A stretch of DNA of 63,674 nucleotides, counting the filler, from Octopus bimaculoides (lineage: Eukaryota): assembly GCF_001194135.2 (NCBI RefSeq). It is 6 parts of 5 records of this genome, joined end to end, with 100 filler letters (N's around TTAATTAATTAA, not from the genome) between each part and the next. Parts side by side here need not be neighbours in the genome. Positions count along the whole stretch, not along the records: positions 1 to 9,375 come from NC_068988.1; positions 9,476 to 37,859 come from NC_068999.1; 4 more parts are not named here. The stretch is one strand, 5' to 3'. The position numbers were made by a program, and so were the translations under genes. This document shows, one piece after another, positions 1 to 12,800 of the stretch. Every line of letters starts with the position of its first letter. Position 1 is the first letter of the stretch. Under the pieces are notes generated by a model that was given only the letters and a program-made list of their open reading frames with translations, was not told the DNA's origin and made no database searches.

Positions 1-907
1 TATATATATATATATTTATACATATATATGTATGTATGTATGTATGTATGCATGTATGTATACTCGGGGGACTCACAGCGAACGAGTAGGGCATTTGCTG
101 AAGACCCCTCCGAAGCTTAGGGATTTTACAACAAGCCGAGAGAGAACATTAACAAGCAATGTACCATGCTATGCAAACACAGGATAATGAGATAATCAGA
201 TTAGTCCCATCTAAGCCCAACACAACCAGCCCCTAGGAACTACTCCCTCGCTGCCCTCTAAACACCCTCCACACTGCCTAACAGTTCAAACTAATTCACT
301 TTAAAGGCCCGCAGGCCTCAAACATAATATTTGTCTTCGAAATTATGTTTAGCAACAGCTGTGAAGGTTCAAATAAAAATTTCAGAATGGGAATAAATCT
401 CTGGATTTTCTTCCTGTTAAATAAATTTACATTTTTGACTAAATCTAAGGGTTTACCTGATATTTGTCATATCAGATTCTTATATATTACGACATTCTTG
501 TATTATTTCTCTTTGTGCCTCTGAATAGTAAAATAATGTGCGAGTGATGCCATAATATAAGTGTTGTTGTCATATTTTGCCTTGAGAATATACTATACCT
601 TGTTCTTGTATGGTTTGTTGACTAGAAAGCTCGCTGGTTATGCTGCGCTAGGGAGACATTTATGAAAGTTATTTGCTATTTGCAACTTGTCGCATGAACA
701 CGACGAATGATAACAAATCATTGAACTTTATGAATCCACTCAGATATATAATATGAAGTTCAGTTTAAGTTCAATCCTTAACTATTTTGCAAAAATGCCA
801 ACTTAGACCATAGAATATATAATTTTGTAACTAATCCCCGCTCCTTAAAATTATTTGTCTTACGCGAAAATTTGAAACGATCATTTTTGCTATTTTAAAG
901 ATTACAC

Positions 908-1206
908 CTGGAAAGTTCCCCTCCAAGGCACAAGTCCGGGTAAGGTTGTTTATGGAGGACCAGTAGTCGTCCATGTATACCAGCCTCCCCTCTCCACACC
1001 ACCGATGTTATCCAAGGGAAAAAGCAAAGTCCGATACAGCTTCGCACCAGTGTCATCGTAATTCATTTCTACAGTCGAGAGAAGTGGAGCAACGTAAAAT
1101 AAAGTGTCTTGCTCAAGATCTCAACACACAGCCCGGTCCGGGAATCGAACTCACTACCTCATGATTGTGAGCCCGACACTCTAACCACTGAGCCATGCGC
1201 CTTCAC
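908..1206 (-). mobile_element. tRNA-derived SINE
   Basis: Minus strand begins GTGAAGGCGCATGGCTCAGTGGTTAGAGTGTCGGGC...GAGTTCGATTCCCGG: Pol III A box (TGGCTCAGTGG) and B box (GTTCGATTCC), followed by a non-tRNA body (TCTTGAGCAAGACACTTTAT...). Confidence 0.85.
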
Positions 1207-1796
1207 TATTTTTGTTGCATTTATACAATATATTGTAATATCATTACCGAACCGTAAGGACGGTAAAGCCCTGAGCGGCAATTACTTTCGTTGATATATG
1301 ATTGCGTTCAAATCCCGCCAGTCAGCTTCGAAATTGCATTTCAATACCCCGACCGTTGGTCTGCAGAAAATATTTATCATATTCAGATCGATAGACCACA
1401 GCTGCTCGAATTCATGATCTGTGTAGCTACAAAGTATGATCTAATAGAAATAATGACAGCGTCAAGTGGTCACCTACTGACCACCGCGGCACACCCAAAC
1501 CAAGTAGCACAGCTGGCAACAGGACTGTTCATTTAGTGTATGGGATATCAATGTTCTTAAGCTCATGCTAAGAGTATGTTTTGAATAAATCCCTCCTCGT
1601 ATTTAAAATGTGGAGTAATTTACCTCGGCGGGATATGAACTCATAACACTGTGCCTTCTATCCGACATTCTAACCAGCTTAGTAGTTTGTTGTACTATGG
1701 TACAACAAAAAGAAGCCGAGTATAAACCTGATAAAGTACTAGACTGGCTGAGCTTGGAGTTACAAATACAGCTAACAGGGTCAAGAAGGACTGGGG

Positions 1797-2040
1797 CTAA
1801 AGAGAGGGCCACTAGATGCTTTTGAATAAAAAGGGCAGACCAGTGGCCCGCACTTATTGACTGGGACAACTGGGCAAGGATCAGATGTTAAAATGCCTGA
1901 GCCATCCTAAGACCCCCAGAGGGCAACTAAAGAGAGGGTCACTAGATGCTTTTGAATAAAAAGGGTAGACCAGTGGCCCGGTCTTATTGACTGGGACAAC
2001 TGGGCAAGGATGTCAGATGTAGACCCCATCCTAAGACCCC
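1797..2040. repeat. Tandem duplication, 130-bp period, 2 copies
   Basis: CTAAAGAGAGGGYCACTAGATGCTTTTGAATAAAAAGGGYAGACCAGTGGCCCG...CTGGGACAACTGGGCAAGGAT starts at 1797 and again at 1927, with few substitutions. Confidence 0.9.
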
Positions 2041-2229
2041 AAAAACATTAGTGATGAAGAGTTCTTAAAAATCCTAATGACGTCACAGTCTCTGCTTTTT
2101 TTCCTTGATTCCCTCCAAAAACTTTCCTTTTATAAAGCGGCCATTATTAGAGATTTAGTAAACGTTCAGGCTATTTCTGTGGCAGTTGAAGTTTTCAACA
2201 ATGATTGTATGTGTTAAGTGGCTGTATGT

Positions 2230-2373
2230 CAGAAAGTACACATACACACATACATACGCACACACACACACACACATACATACGCACACACACACACACA
2301 TACACACACGCACACACATGCATACACACACACACACATATATATATATGTATGTATATGTGTATATATATAG

Positions 2374-2418
<45 letters not shown>

Positions 2419-2478
2419 CATAAACATACACANNNNNNNNNNNNNNNNNNNNNNNNNNNNNNNNNNNNNNNNNNNNNN

Positions 2479-2545
<67 letters not shown>

Positions 2546-3160
2546 GATGGGGAGAGAGAGGGAAAGAGAAGAAGACTAGGTGGGTGTATATCTTTCAAAA
2601 TGTTCTGCCAATATAAGTCCGTCTGACTGTCTGTTGAACGAATTCTTATTTTATCTCTATTAAAGAAATTTTTGTTGTTAGACAACATTTGTTACAAACT
2701 TGAAAATTAGATCTATTTATGTAGATTTCCCTGAGTGTTTTTTATATGCGTACGCATATGTACACACATACACGCGCACTCATACTGACTCTGTAGGGTA
2801 AACTGTAATTAGTTCTAACGGTTTGTATGTGTGAACAGTTAGATAGATAGATAGGTTTCTTTATTAGCCACACAGGGCTCAACANNNNNNNNNNNNNNNN
2901 NNNNNNNNNNNNNNNNNNNNNNNNNNNNNNNNNNNNNNNNNNNNNNNNNNNNNNNNNNNNNNNNNNNNNNNNNNNNNNNNNNNNTATATATAATATATAT
3001 ATACATATATATATATAATCATATATATATACACACATATATATATATATATATATACATATATGTATGTATGTATTTATGTATGTATGTATGTACGTAT
3101 GTATGTATGTATGTATGTATGTATGTATGTATGTATGTATGTATGCATGTATGTATGTAT
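2230..3160. repeat. Compound microsatellites (CA, TA, TATG); similar tracts at 4105-4350, 13011-13095, 22090-22180, 30696-30795, 57410-57640, 59330-59470, 59960-60015 and 61360-61590
   Basis: Directly visible; these tracts explain most ORF-track entries and most N-gaps. Confidence 0.95.
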
Positions 3161-3509
3161 AGACAGGGAGAGTGAGGGAGAAAGAGAGTGCTGCATAACT
3201 ATTTCGTACTATTTCGAGAAATCCTACTGGAACCATTTCTCTATTGAATTCTCAAAACACTCATAAATCCTACATTGTTATATTCAAAAGGCGTCGCTCA
3301 TTCTGCCAATTACAAATACACGTTCTGCTTTTATTTTACTATGTTCTTAACCATTAATTATTTAATTAATTCGTCAATGTCTTTCACGAAATAATTCTTA
3401 TATGTATTCACTACACAGTCTATTTATGTATCCGAAGACTCAGTTTAACACGTAAAATTACTCATCTGCTCAGCGAAGGTGCCAAAATTTGTATCAGACT
3501 ATATTTAGG

Positions 3510-3722
3510 AAGACAGCAAGCTGGTAAAATTGTTGGTGCGTCGAAAAAAGGACTTTGCAGTATTTTTTCTGGCTCTTTATTTTCTGTGCTCAAATCCTGC
3601 CTCGGTCGACTTTGTCTTTCATCCTTTCTAAATCGATAAGATAAGTACCATTTGAGTACTATGATCGATGTAATCGATTTATCCTTCACCTAAAATTGCT
3701 GGCTTTGTGACAAAATTTGAAA
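3510..3722 (+). mobile_element. Degenerate SINE, family A (Deu/Nin-like core)
   Basis: Aligns by eye to the 12140 and 41508 copies (GGTCGACTTTGTCTTTCATCCTTTC...GATAAGATAAGTACCA). Confidence 0.75.
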
Positions 3723-4105
3723 CCATTACCATTTGTATTATTTTTTGAGCTGCAAGACAGCAGAATAATAAGAGCGTGAGGAAATATGCTCAATGAACAA
3801 AAGGCCCTATATGGATGCGTTAGCAGAAAGCTCCATTGAGACAGCACCATTGATAATTAAGGTAGTCAAACATGGCCTAACAACCGGATCACAAGTTCAA
3901 ACATTGCACGATTCGATTATTTATTTATTTTTATTTTTCATTTAAAAAAAGATTAGCAATGAATGCTAATATATGCTGCCAAGAGAAATCAGGTACTTGT
4001 GACATTGTAGAACTTCAAAAGACAAACCAGATAACACAAGGCATTTAATTGACGTTCTAACATTTTTGCCAAACCATTTAATTTATTTACTGTTCCCAAA
4101 ATAAT

Positions 4106-4178
<73 letters not shown>

Positions 4179-4297
4179 TTGTATACGGTGAGTTTCTTTA
4201 CCCGGAAGACACACGGCAAGAAATGGAAACAAAAGTGAAAGGAGAAAAATATGATGCTAATTATAATGATAGTAACGACAACAACAACAACAACAAC

Positions 4298-4351
<54 letters not shown>

Positions 4352-6027
4352 TCACAATCCCCATGCGACGCTGATATCTTCACACAACATCCATTCATCG
4401 CATACGCAACACATTTACGAACGAATTATATATTGCAAGCTGCAAAGCACATATTCAGCGCAACAAAACTAAAACAAGATTTTTTTTGTTTAAATAAGAG
4501 AGAAACAAACACAAAAACAATTGTAACATACAAACCCCATCCCAAACTTCACCTGAATTACAAAGGGCCCCTACGCACCTCAAGATCACAGAGATGCACG
4601 TTGTGGGGGTAGAAGGGGTTCGCTCGAATTTACTCAAAATATATTATAATGATAATTACTTTTATTGTAATTATCGCGTTGGTTTCATGGTTGTTGAGTC
4701 TTTGCAAAAAGGAAAAGACGTGGAGACTTTTTTCAGTTGTTTAACTGTCTGTCGTGCATTTCTCACGGAAGATTTATGCATTTGTTCTGCGTATCGAAGG
4801 AGGAGGANNNNNNNNNNNNNNNNNNNNNNNNNNNNNNNNNNNNNNNNNNNNNNNNNNNNNNNNNNNNNNNNNNNNNNNNNNNNNNNNNNNNNNNNNNNNN
4901 NNNNNNNNNNNNNNNNNNNNNNNNNNNNNNAAGAAGAAGAAGAAGAAGAAGAAGAAGAAGGACGAGGCTCACCTTCTCTGCAGTAGTTTCCGGCGGCTCG
5001 GAATTTCTGGAATCACCATTGACACTGGCTTATGCTTATTGTCCAATTCCCATATTCTGCATAAATATTTCTCGCACTTTCTGTTGCATTGTTAGCTTTA
5101 TTGAACTCATAAAGCAAAATATGCCAAATATGAAAAAATAACTGTTAAAATCGAACTGCACTCTTCAAAACTTGCACTCAAATAAGCACGGGGTAAAATT
5201 ACTACCTGCTTTTATAGCAAGCTGATGCAGGTAGTTTATCCCGTCCCCGTCCGACTTTTAGTTCATGCAATTGAGAAAACTGCATTTTATTTATGGAAGG
5301 ACCCAATACTTTGCTTGTATTGTTGGAGCATTATTTTTCTCTTGAGAATTTTTCGGGAATATAAGCATTCCCTGTCATAAGCGGTTAATATTCGGAATAT
5401 ATTTTTGTCATCATGGGTAATTTACATCAATAATCCTACGAAAAAGGTACAGATATTCATAATGTAAGGTTTGTTCGTTTGTTTGCTTGTTTGTTCGTTT
5501 GTCAGTTTGTTTGTTTAATTGATTGATTATTTGTTCAAATTTATTTTTGTCAAATTTCATGTTGCTCATATAAAATATTAAATGACAAATAGTTTTCCAA
5601 TTTTCCAAAATTAAGTGATTATTAAATGAATACATAAATAAAAGACTTTTTCTTCTTATTTTGAGAATATTCTTTTCAACAAAGAAAAGCGTGTTGACAT
5701 TGTGAAAAGGTTAGAAAGCTTTTATTGTAAGAATGTTAATGTTATATATATAAGGTTGGCAGATAAACTTTGTGTTTTTACCATTTATTTTAATCCATTC
5801 CAATGCTATTTAAGTTAAGACGAAAAATATTTTTATCGTAGTTTTAATTTTTTTTTTTAATTCTGTTCTTCCCAGACTTTTGTTTGTTGGTTTTGAAATA
5901 TGAATGAATTTTACCACTTTCCAGATATATGGCGACGAAGTGGCAAAGTGGAAAGACAAAAAGAAAATGAAAGAATTTATCTAATAACTCAATGCAAATT
6001 CACAAAATTATTTTATTTGTATTTCAG

Positions 6028-6152
6028 CACCAGCCACATTCGTAGAGATGCCTAGGGACCGTTTTGTAACGTTTGGTTCCAAAATCCAGATGCGATGTGT
6101 TGTGGCAGCAATTCCTACCCCAACAATACATTGGAGCAGAAACGGTGCTGTT
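6028..6152 (+). CDS. Internal exon, N-terminal half of an Ig I-set domain
   Basis: Acceptor TTTGTATTTCAG, donor GTAAGT at 6153, phase 1 in and phase 0 out. Translates PATFVEMPRDRFVTFGSKIQMRCVVAAIPTPTIHWSRNGAV, with B-strand Cys, PxPxIxW and C-strand Trp. Confidence 0.88.
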
Positions 6153-6195
6153 GTAAGTATATTCTAACATACACTGTTGTACAAAGATGCACACA

Positions 6196-6247
<52 letters not shown>

Positions 6248-6485
6248 ATCACACACACACACAAACACATGCACACACAAACTCACACAAATTCGTGCAC
6301 ACACAAACACTCACACATACATCAATACATTTACACACACGATGGAATTATAAATAATAGAAAAATACGACTGAAATCAATGAAGGTATTTGAATTTGTA
6401 GCCGGGCTTCTACGTGTTCTCCTAATCTGCTGGCAATAGCAATCTGATCTTCCTCAAATGACACCCACCCAGTTTAAATATTGTC

Positions 6486-6846
6486 GAACACCGGTTTATG
6501 TGATCCTAGGTGCGGCATATCGAGAAATAGATGGGAGCGGTCATGCCTAGAATGTCTTTTGTGATAGTTCGGAAAAAATGGTTTGTGGCGATTGGCTAAA
6601 ATTATTTACCTAATATGTTCATTAATTTTTGCCTTTGAGTCTCTAGGATCAATAAAATGGACACCCAGAAGACCAAGACATAAAAAAAAAACAATAAAGA
6701 TGGCCGAACTGATAATTTGATAAAAGTAGCCGTTTGGTTTCCCTTAATTAATTCCTTCCGTTTTAAAATGGCTGAACACTGGTTTTTGTGATCCTAGATA
6801 CTAAAAGTCGAAGGATAGATGAAGTGGTCATCACTAGAATGTCTTT
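6486..6846. repeat. Diverged direct repeat pair, probably inside a non-autonomous DNA element
   Basis: GAACACYGGTTTWTGTGATCCTAG...TAGATG...GGTCAT..CTAGAATGTCTTT at 6486-6559 and 6774-6846. Confidence 0.55.
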
Positions 6847-7282
6847 AATTATAGGTCTGCTCAGTCAGTAGAAGATATACTGATAAGGAAGAACTTTAGC
6901 TGAAGCATAGTATAGATATATGGAATACATGGGGGCAACACACTCCAAGGTATTATATATTTTAAGACGCCATTTTCCAGTTTGACAGTATTTCTCGCAG
7001 GTAAAATATCTTTTGCATTTAACATGGCAATAAGGATATTCAGTAAACATTTTATCTTTCAGCAGGCATTGGATACGTCCTGTTAAATATCAGACCCATC
7101 AAAAGGCAGTGGATTAGTTTATTCGTCAAAACACCACCGAACAAAATAGCTTAGTGTAATTAGAGCTGCCTTCATCAGAGTTTCCTGCCTCTACTGTCAG
7201 ATTCAAATTCTGAGGCTTCAGCTTTAGGGATCGTCCTGTCGGTTTCGATAAAATAAATATCAGCTAGACATAAATAAATACC

Positions 7283-7440
7283 AGGCGTGGGTGAATGGTA
7301 AATAGCTTCTCAACCACATGGTTTTTGGTTCAATCCCACTGTTTGGCACCTTGGGCAAGTGTCTTCTATTATAGCCTTGGGCCGACCAAAGCCTTGTGAG
7401 TGGATTTGGTAGACGGAAACTGAAAGAATCCTGTCATGTA

Positions 7441-7486
<46 letters not shown>

Positions 7487-7696
7487 TTTGTGTTTGTGTT
7501 TGTCCCTTACCTCCGCTTGACAATCGATGGTTGTGCGTCTACAACCCAGTTCCTAGTGGTTCGACAAAAGAGACCAATAGAATAAGTATCGAACTTAAAA
7601 ACAAAACAAAATATTCAGTACAGAAGTCCCTTCATTCGACTAAAAATCTTTCAAGGTGGTGCCCCAGCATGGTCGCAGTCTCATGACTGAAACAAA
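7283..7696 (+). mobile_element. SINE family B (tRNA-like head, internal TG microsatellite)
   Basis: AGGCGTGG...GGTTCAATCCCACT...CTTGGGCAAGTGTCTTCT...GGATTTGGTAGACGGAAACTGAAAGAA-(TG)n-...CATGACTGAAACAA; homologous copies at 17856, 46813, 49788 and 51199. Confidence 0.85.
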
Positions 7697-7843
7697 TAAC
7701 AAAAAAAAAAGAAAACAATTACATACAACAGTCGACATAATCGTCCGTTCCATAATAAAAAAAAATACACAAATAGACAAGAAAACAAATAAACAAAATG
7801 GCGTTCATACTTGTCAGCGAAATCTCGTATTTTTATATTTCAG

Positions 7844-8048
7844 ATAAAAAACCCACGGAACATGACACAATCACGTAGCGACAGTGTCGTTTTTATTAAT
7901 GTGATTTGGTCGCCGAAAGTTGTCAAGTCCCTATTACATATTTATAATGCTACCGAGGATGCGCAATATGGATGCCATGCTTCAAACAATCATGTCGGAG
8001 GACCGTCTAATATTGTCCATATAGCTTCAGTTAATATACGGCCTTCCG
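7844..8048 (+). CDS. Internal exon, C-terminal half of the same Ig domain
   Basis: Acceptor TTTTTATATTTCAG, donor GTGAGT at 8049, phase 0 in (matches 6152) and phase 1 out. Translates IKNPRN...VKSLLHIYNATEDAQYGCHASNNHVGGPSNIVHIASVNIRPS, with E-strand LxI and F-strand Y-x-C-x-A-x-N. Confidence 0.88.
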
Positions 8049-8289
8049 GTGAGTACACATTACATTTCCGTTCTTTTTATTACTATCATTATTATTGTCG
8101 CTTGACATTCTAGTTGAGATGATCAACTCAATATTTAAACATCTATTTATATATCAATATGCTTATTTATTCCTAATTACACGTATATGTAATTACAAAT
8201 GTGTATGCGTTATATATATAACGCCGTATGTAAACAAACAAGTTTGTTTTCGAAGCGTTGAAATGTATTGTAGAACAAGCAGAAAGAAA

Positions 8290-8539
8290 AAAATTATTCA
8301 ACGCATAGATACTGAACAGTATATATATATATAAAGGATAAAATCGTTTTTTTTTTGTTTTTTGTTTTTTTTTTGTTTTCTTGAAAAGCAGAAAAATCTG
8401 TCAGTAGCCAGATATTGGAGAGATGTGTGTTCGTTCCTCATGGCTGGCTGCCGACAGATTTTTCTGCTTTTGAAGAAAGAAAAATGGATTTTATCCTTTA
8501 TATATATACTGTTCAGTATCTATGCATTGAATAAAATTT
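8290..8539. repeat. Foldback / MITE-like palindrome
   Basis: Outer arms 8290-8345 and 8487-8539, inner arms 8377-8411 and 8443-8481, are reverse complements with few mismatches around a loop of about 32 bp. Confidence 0.85.
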
Positions 8540-9320
8540 ATATACANNNNNNNNNNNNNNNNNNNNNNNNNNNNNNNNNNNNNNNNNNNNNNNNNNNNNN
8601 NNNNNNNNNNNNNNNNNNNNNNNNNNNNNNNNNNNNATATATATATATATATATAATGGTATATATAATGGTAAACACAGCTGTGAAATTGCCATACAGG
8701 CAACGTTGCAACAGCTTCAGCCAGTTTCTCAACCACAGAGGATGCAGTACTCTGCTATCTTCTATCTTTTTACTGACGTCTTTTCCTGAGGTACAACTCA
8801 GGAGCATTTCAAACTCCACCACTAACTGCTCCCACAGCAATTTCACTGCAGTTTTTCCTTTGTTTTTCTCCAAATAATGTAAATCTTGCCGAGGCAGACT
8901 ACTACCGTACAAACACACATGCATACATGACAACTGTTTCATAATGGCCATCACACTTTCAGCCTGACTGTTTTGATTCACTTCCATCTTTGCTTGTGCG
9001 CGGATATGATTTTTTACAGCACACATCCATCACCATAAGATTTTACCATATATAAAACGGATCAAGAAATGAAATGGTAAAAATGAAATGGTAAAAATGA
9101 AATGGTAAAAATGAAATGGTTACGTCACTGGATTTAAGTGGCAAAAGGCTGTACAACACTTGCGTTCTCTCTTGTTGTCATAGTAGCTATGTTAGTAGCT
9201 ACATTCATGCTATAAGGTAGGTTAAACCATAAGATTTTCCTTTCTTTGCGTCAATTTAGTCTATATATATTTGGTTCAATGTGGTATACGCTATTATTAA
9301 AGTTGGACCTTTCTAATGCA

Positions 9321-9375
<55 letters not shown>

Positions 9376-9419
9376 NNNNNNNNNNNNNNNNNNNNNNNNN
9401 NNNNNNNNNNNNNNNNNNN

Positions 9420-9431
9420 TTAATTAATTAA
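9420..9431. other. Assembly spacer TTAATTAATTAA between N-runs (also 37904, 46642, 57742, 60652)
   Basis: The same 12-mer, with stops in all six frames, is flanked by N-runs on both sides five times; it marks contig joins. Confidence 0.9.
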
Positions 9432-9475
9432 NNNNNNNNNNNNNNNNNNNNNNNNNNNNNNNNNNNNNNNNNNNN

Positions 9476-9850
9476 TTGATGTATCAATACCAGCAGATGA
9501 CAGCGTTTCCCTAAAAGAAATGGAGAAACTTTCAAAATACAAAGACCTGGAAATAGATGTAACTCGAATGTGGAATCTAAAAACAGAAACAATTCCTATC
9601 ATAGTAGGTGCCTTAGGTATAATAAAAAAAATATTCAGACAAATACATAACAAAAACACCAGGACTTACAAATATATATAACATACAGAAAATTGCACTA
9701 CTGGGCACTGCATACATCTTACGCAAAACACTTTCAATACAGTAACCATAAGAGCATGACAGCAAACCACAGCACATACCCAAGGCACACAGAGCTGCGC
9801 TCGGCAGTGAAGTGAAAGCACGTTATAAAAATAAAACTACTGAATAATAA
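9476..9850 (+). mobile_element. R4/Dong-clade non-LTR retrotransposon, 3' end (copy 1)
   Basis: Encodes the RLE endonuclease end (DVSIPADDSVSLKEMEKLSKYKDLEIDVTRMWNLKTETIPIIVGALG). The 3' UTR ends ACTACTGAA followed by TAA repeats; the 5' part is lost in a gap. Confidence 0.85.
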
Positions 9851-12800
9851 TAACTCACAAAAATTAAAATTGATAATAAAACAACATCAATAATAAATAA
9901 CATGAACCTCGCCGTCACAGAACTAAAAGCCACAGAAACAAACGTCAATATGACCAGGTTAAATGATATAATATATGCAGCTGCCTCTGTGTCCACAAAA
10001 GAAGCTGGATATCCCCACGAACCCATCCAAACTGAATTATCAACCCCCACAAACAAATTCTGTGGATAAATAATATCCAGAAAAAGAAAATAAGAAAATA
10101 AAAGAAACGATTTGTCAATCCTCAATGAAACTAGTAGACAGTCAACACTACTAAGCAACAAGAAGAGAAGAAAAATATTACGTTAACACAATACAGAACA
10201 AAGTACACCTGAGGTAAAAGAAAAGCTAAAACAAGATATCCTCGCCAAAGCACAAAGAATCCGACGGTGTAAGAAACGCCAACATTTCTTTGAACAAAAC
10301 AAATAGTTCAACTTCAACTCCAAAGGATTCTACCAAGAACTTGGCAAAAATAAAACAGAAATCAATGCAGCACCAACAGCAGAAGTAGTGGAAGAATTTT
10401 GGAAAGAAATATGATCGGCGAAGGAACAATCTCAGAAAAGATCTATCTAAATAACAAACACAGCACCTGAACAACTCCGGACTTCTATAACAACTGAAGA
10501 GGTCACCTGGGCACTGTAAAAACTAAGCAGCTGGAAGGCAACCGGGCACAAGATCCCCTACTTCTGGTTAAAATATCTAACAAGAATACATAAAACCCTA
10601 GCTGAGAAATTTAACTAAATACTAACAGAGTCAGAGACAATAATTGAATGGCTCACGGAAGGGAAAAACTATCCTAATTCTCAAATCCACTGAATCGGCA
10701 AACCCACAAAATTACAGACCGATAACTTGTCTCCCTACAATTTACAAAGCTTTTACTGCAATAACATCGCAGAAAATGGGCAAACATCTGTGAGAAAACA
10801 ACCTATTTCCAGAAGAGCAGAAGGGATGCTGCAACGGCTCATATGACTGTAAAGATTAGCTAATGTTCAATAAAGCCATAACTGAAGATAGCCGAAGAAG
10901 GAAGAAGCTTTTGACAGTATTCCTCACACATGGATCCTAGAAACAAGGTAGCACCAATAATCACAAAATATACAAAACATTCCATGAATGCATGGCAAAC
11001 AGTGCTACATCTCCAGAGAAAAGAAGGACTGATAAAAACCAAAGTCATCCCCATTAGAAGAGGAATATTCCAGAGAGACACGCTCTCTCCACTCCTTTTC
11101 TGCTTGGCACTGACACCTTTATCTGACTTGCTAAACAAAATTAGATGTGGATATACAAATGTTACGGCAATACAATGAACCTTCTCTTATATATGGATGA
11201 GCTAAAACTGTACGCTACAAATGATAAAGAGCTAGAAACATTACTTCAGACAGTACATGGATTTAACAAAGAAATAAACATGAAATTTGGCTAAGAAAAA
11301 TGTGCCAAAGCAATCTTCAAAAGAGGAAAACTAGTTAAGAGTAACAACATCACGCTAGATAAAGCAAATGAAATAAGAGAAATAAGCCAAAACCAGACAT
11401 ACTTAGGAATCAACGAACTAGATACAACACAGCATAGACAGATGAAAGAGAAGATAAGAAAGGAATACTATAGACGAGCTAGGTTAATACTGAAAACAAA
11501 GTTCAATGCGAAAAACAAGATAATAGGTATCAACTACAATATTCTTAACTGGACTCTAAATGAACTAATCAAAATAAGCAAGAAAACAAGAAAAATAATG
11601 ACTGGATCTAGGATACACCACCCAAAATCTGAAATAGAAAGGTTATATATACAACGTATCGTAGGTAGCAGAGGTCTTGTACAACTAGAAAACTATTGCA
11701 AAATAACCATCATAGGATTACGGAAATACCTACTTCAGAAGCAAGGAAAACGGATACAAATAATCACAAAACAGGAACAAAGAAAAAAACTGTTTTCAGT
11801 CTTTAAGGAAGCTGTCAAATACAAAAAAGAAGTCATAGTACCTAACAACTATGAAGAAAAAAAAGAAGCAACAAAAGCTGTAAAACAACTGAAATCCAAA
11901 CTAAAACTAGAACAGCAACGTATCAAGATAAAACGATGGCAATGTTAAGCTAAACAGAAAAGCTAAACAGAAAAGAAATAGACATAGCAAAAGCCCAACA
12001 ATGACTGAGAAGCGCAGGACTCAAAGCAGAGACTGAAGGATTTTTAATTGCAACACAAGATCAAAGCATTCCCACCAGAAATCACCAAAAACATGTAATG
12101 AAAAGAAATACAAGTGACTGCAGAATATGTGGTGGTAGATAAGGCGGCAAGCTGGCAGAAGCGTTAGCACGCCGGGCGAAATGCTTAGCGGTATTTCGTC
12201 TGTCTTTAAGTTCTGAGTTCAAATTCCACCGAGGTCGACTTTGGCTTTCATCCTTTCGGAGTCGATAAATTAAGTACCAGTTGCATACTTGGGTCGATCT
12301 AATCGACTGGTCCCCTCCCCAAAAATTTCGGGCCATGTGCCTAGAGAAGAAAATATGTGGTGATAGAGAAGAAAGAATAAATCATATTATCTTTGGCTGC
12401 CCAGTCCTGGCTAAGAAGGAATATATTCACAGACACGACAAAGTTGGGACCTATATACACTGAAAGCTGTGCCAACACTATGGAATAACGACAGAAAAAA
12501 GATGGCATGAATACACCCCAGAAAAGGTCACAGTAAAAGAGAAAGCAACCATAATCTGGGATATGCCAATGCACAGAGATAGTAAAATCAAGACTAATAG
12601 GCCGGATATAGTTGTCAGAGATCACCAAGAAAAAATTGCTTTCTAATCGATCTATCAATACCAACAGATGGCAACGTTTCTCTGAAAGAACCGGAAAAAC
12701 TTTCAAAATACAAAGATCTAGAAATAGACGTAACTCGGATGTGGAGCCTAAAAACAAACAATTGCTATTATAGTAGGCACATTAGGTATGATATAAAAAA

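Noticed and set aside
98-130. CTGAAGA-CCCC..GGG hammerhead-like start
   Set aside because: No GAAA follows the putative stem II.
7090-7185. Minus-strand CTGATGA-AGGCAG...CTGCCT
   Set aside because: Stem II can pair, but GAAA and stem III are absent.
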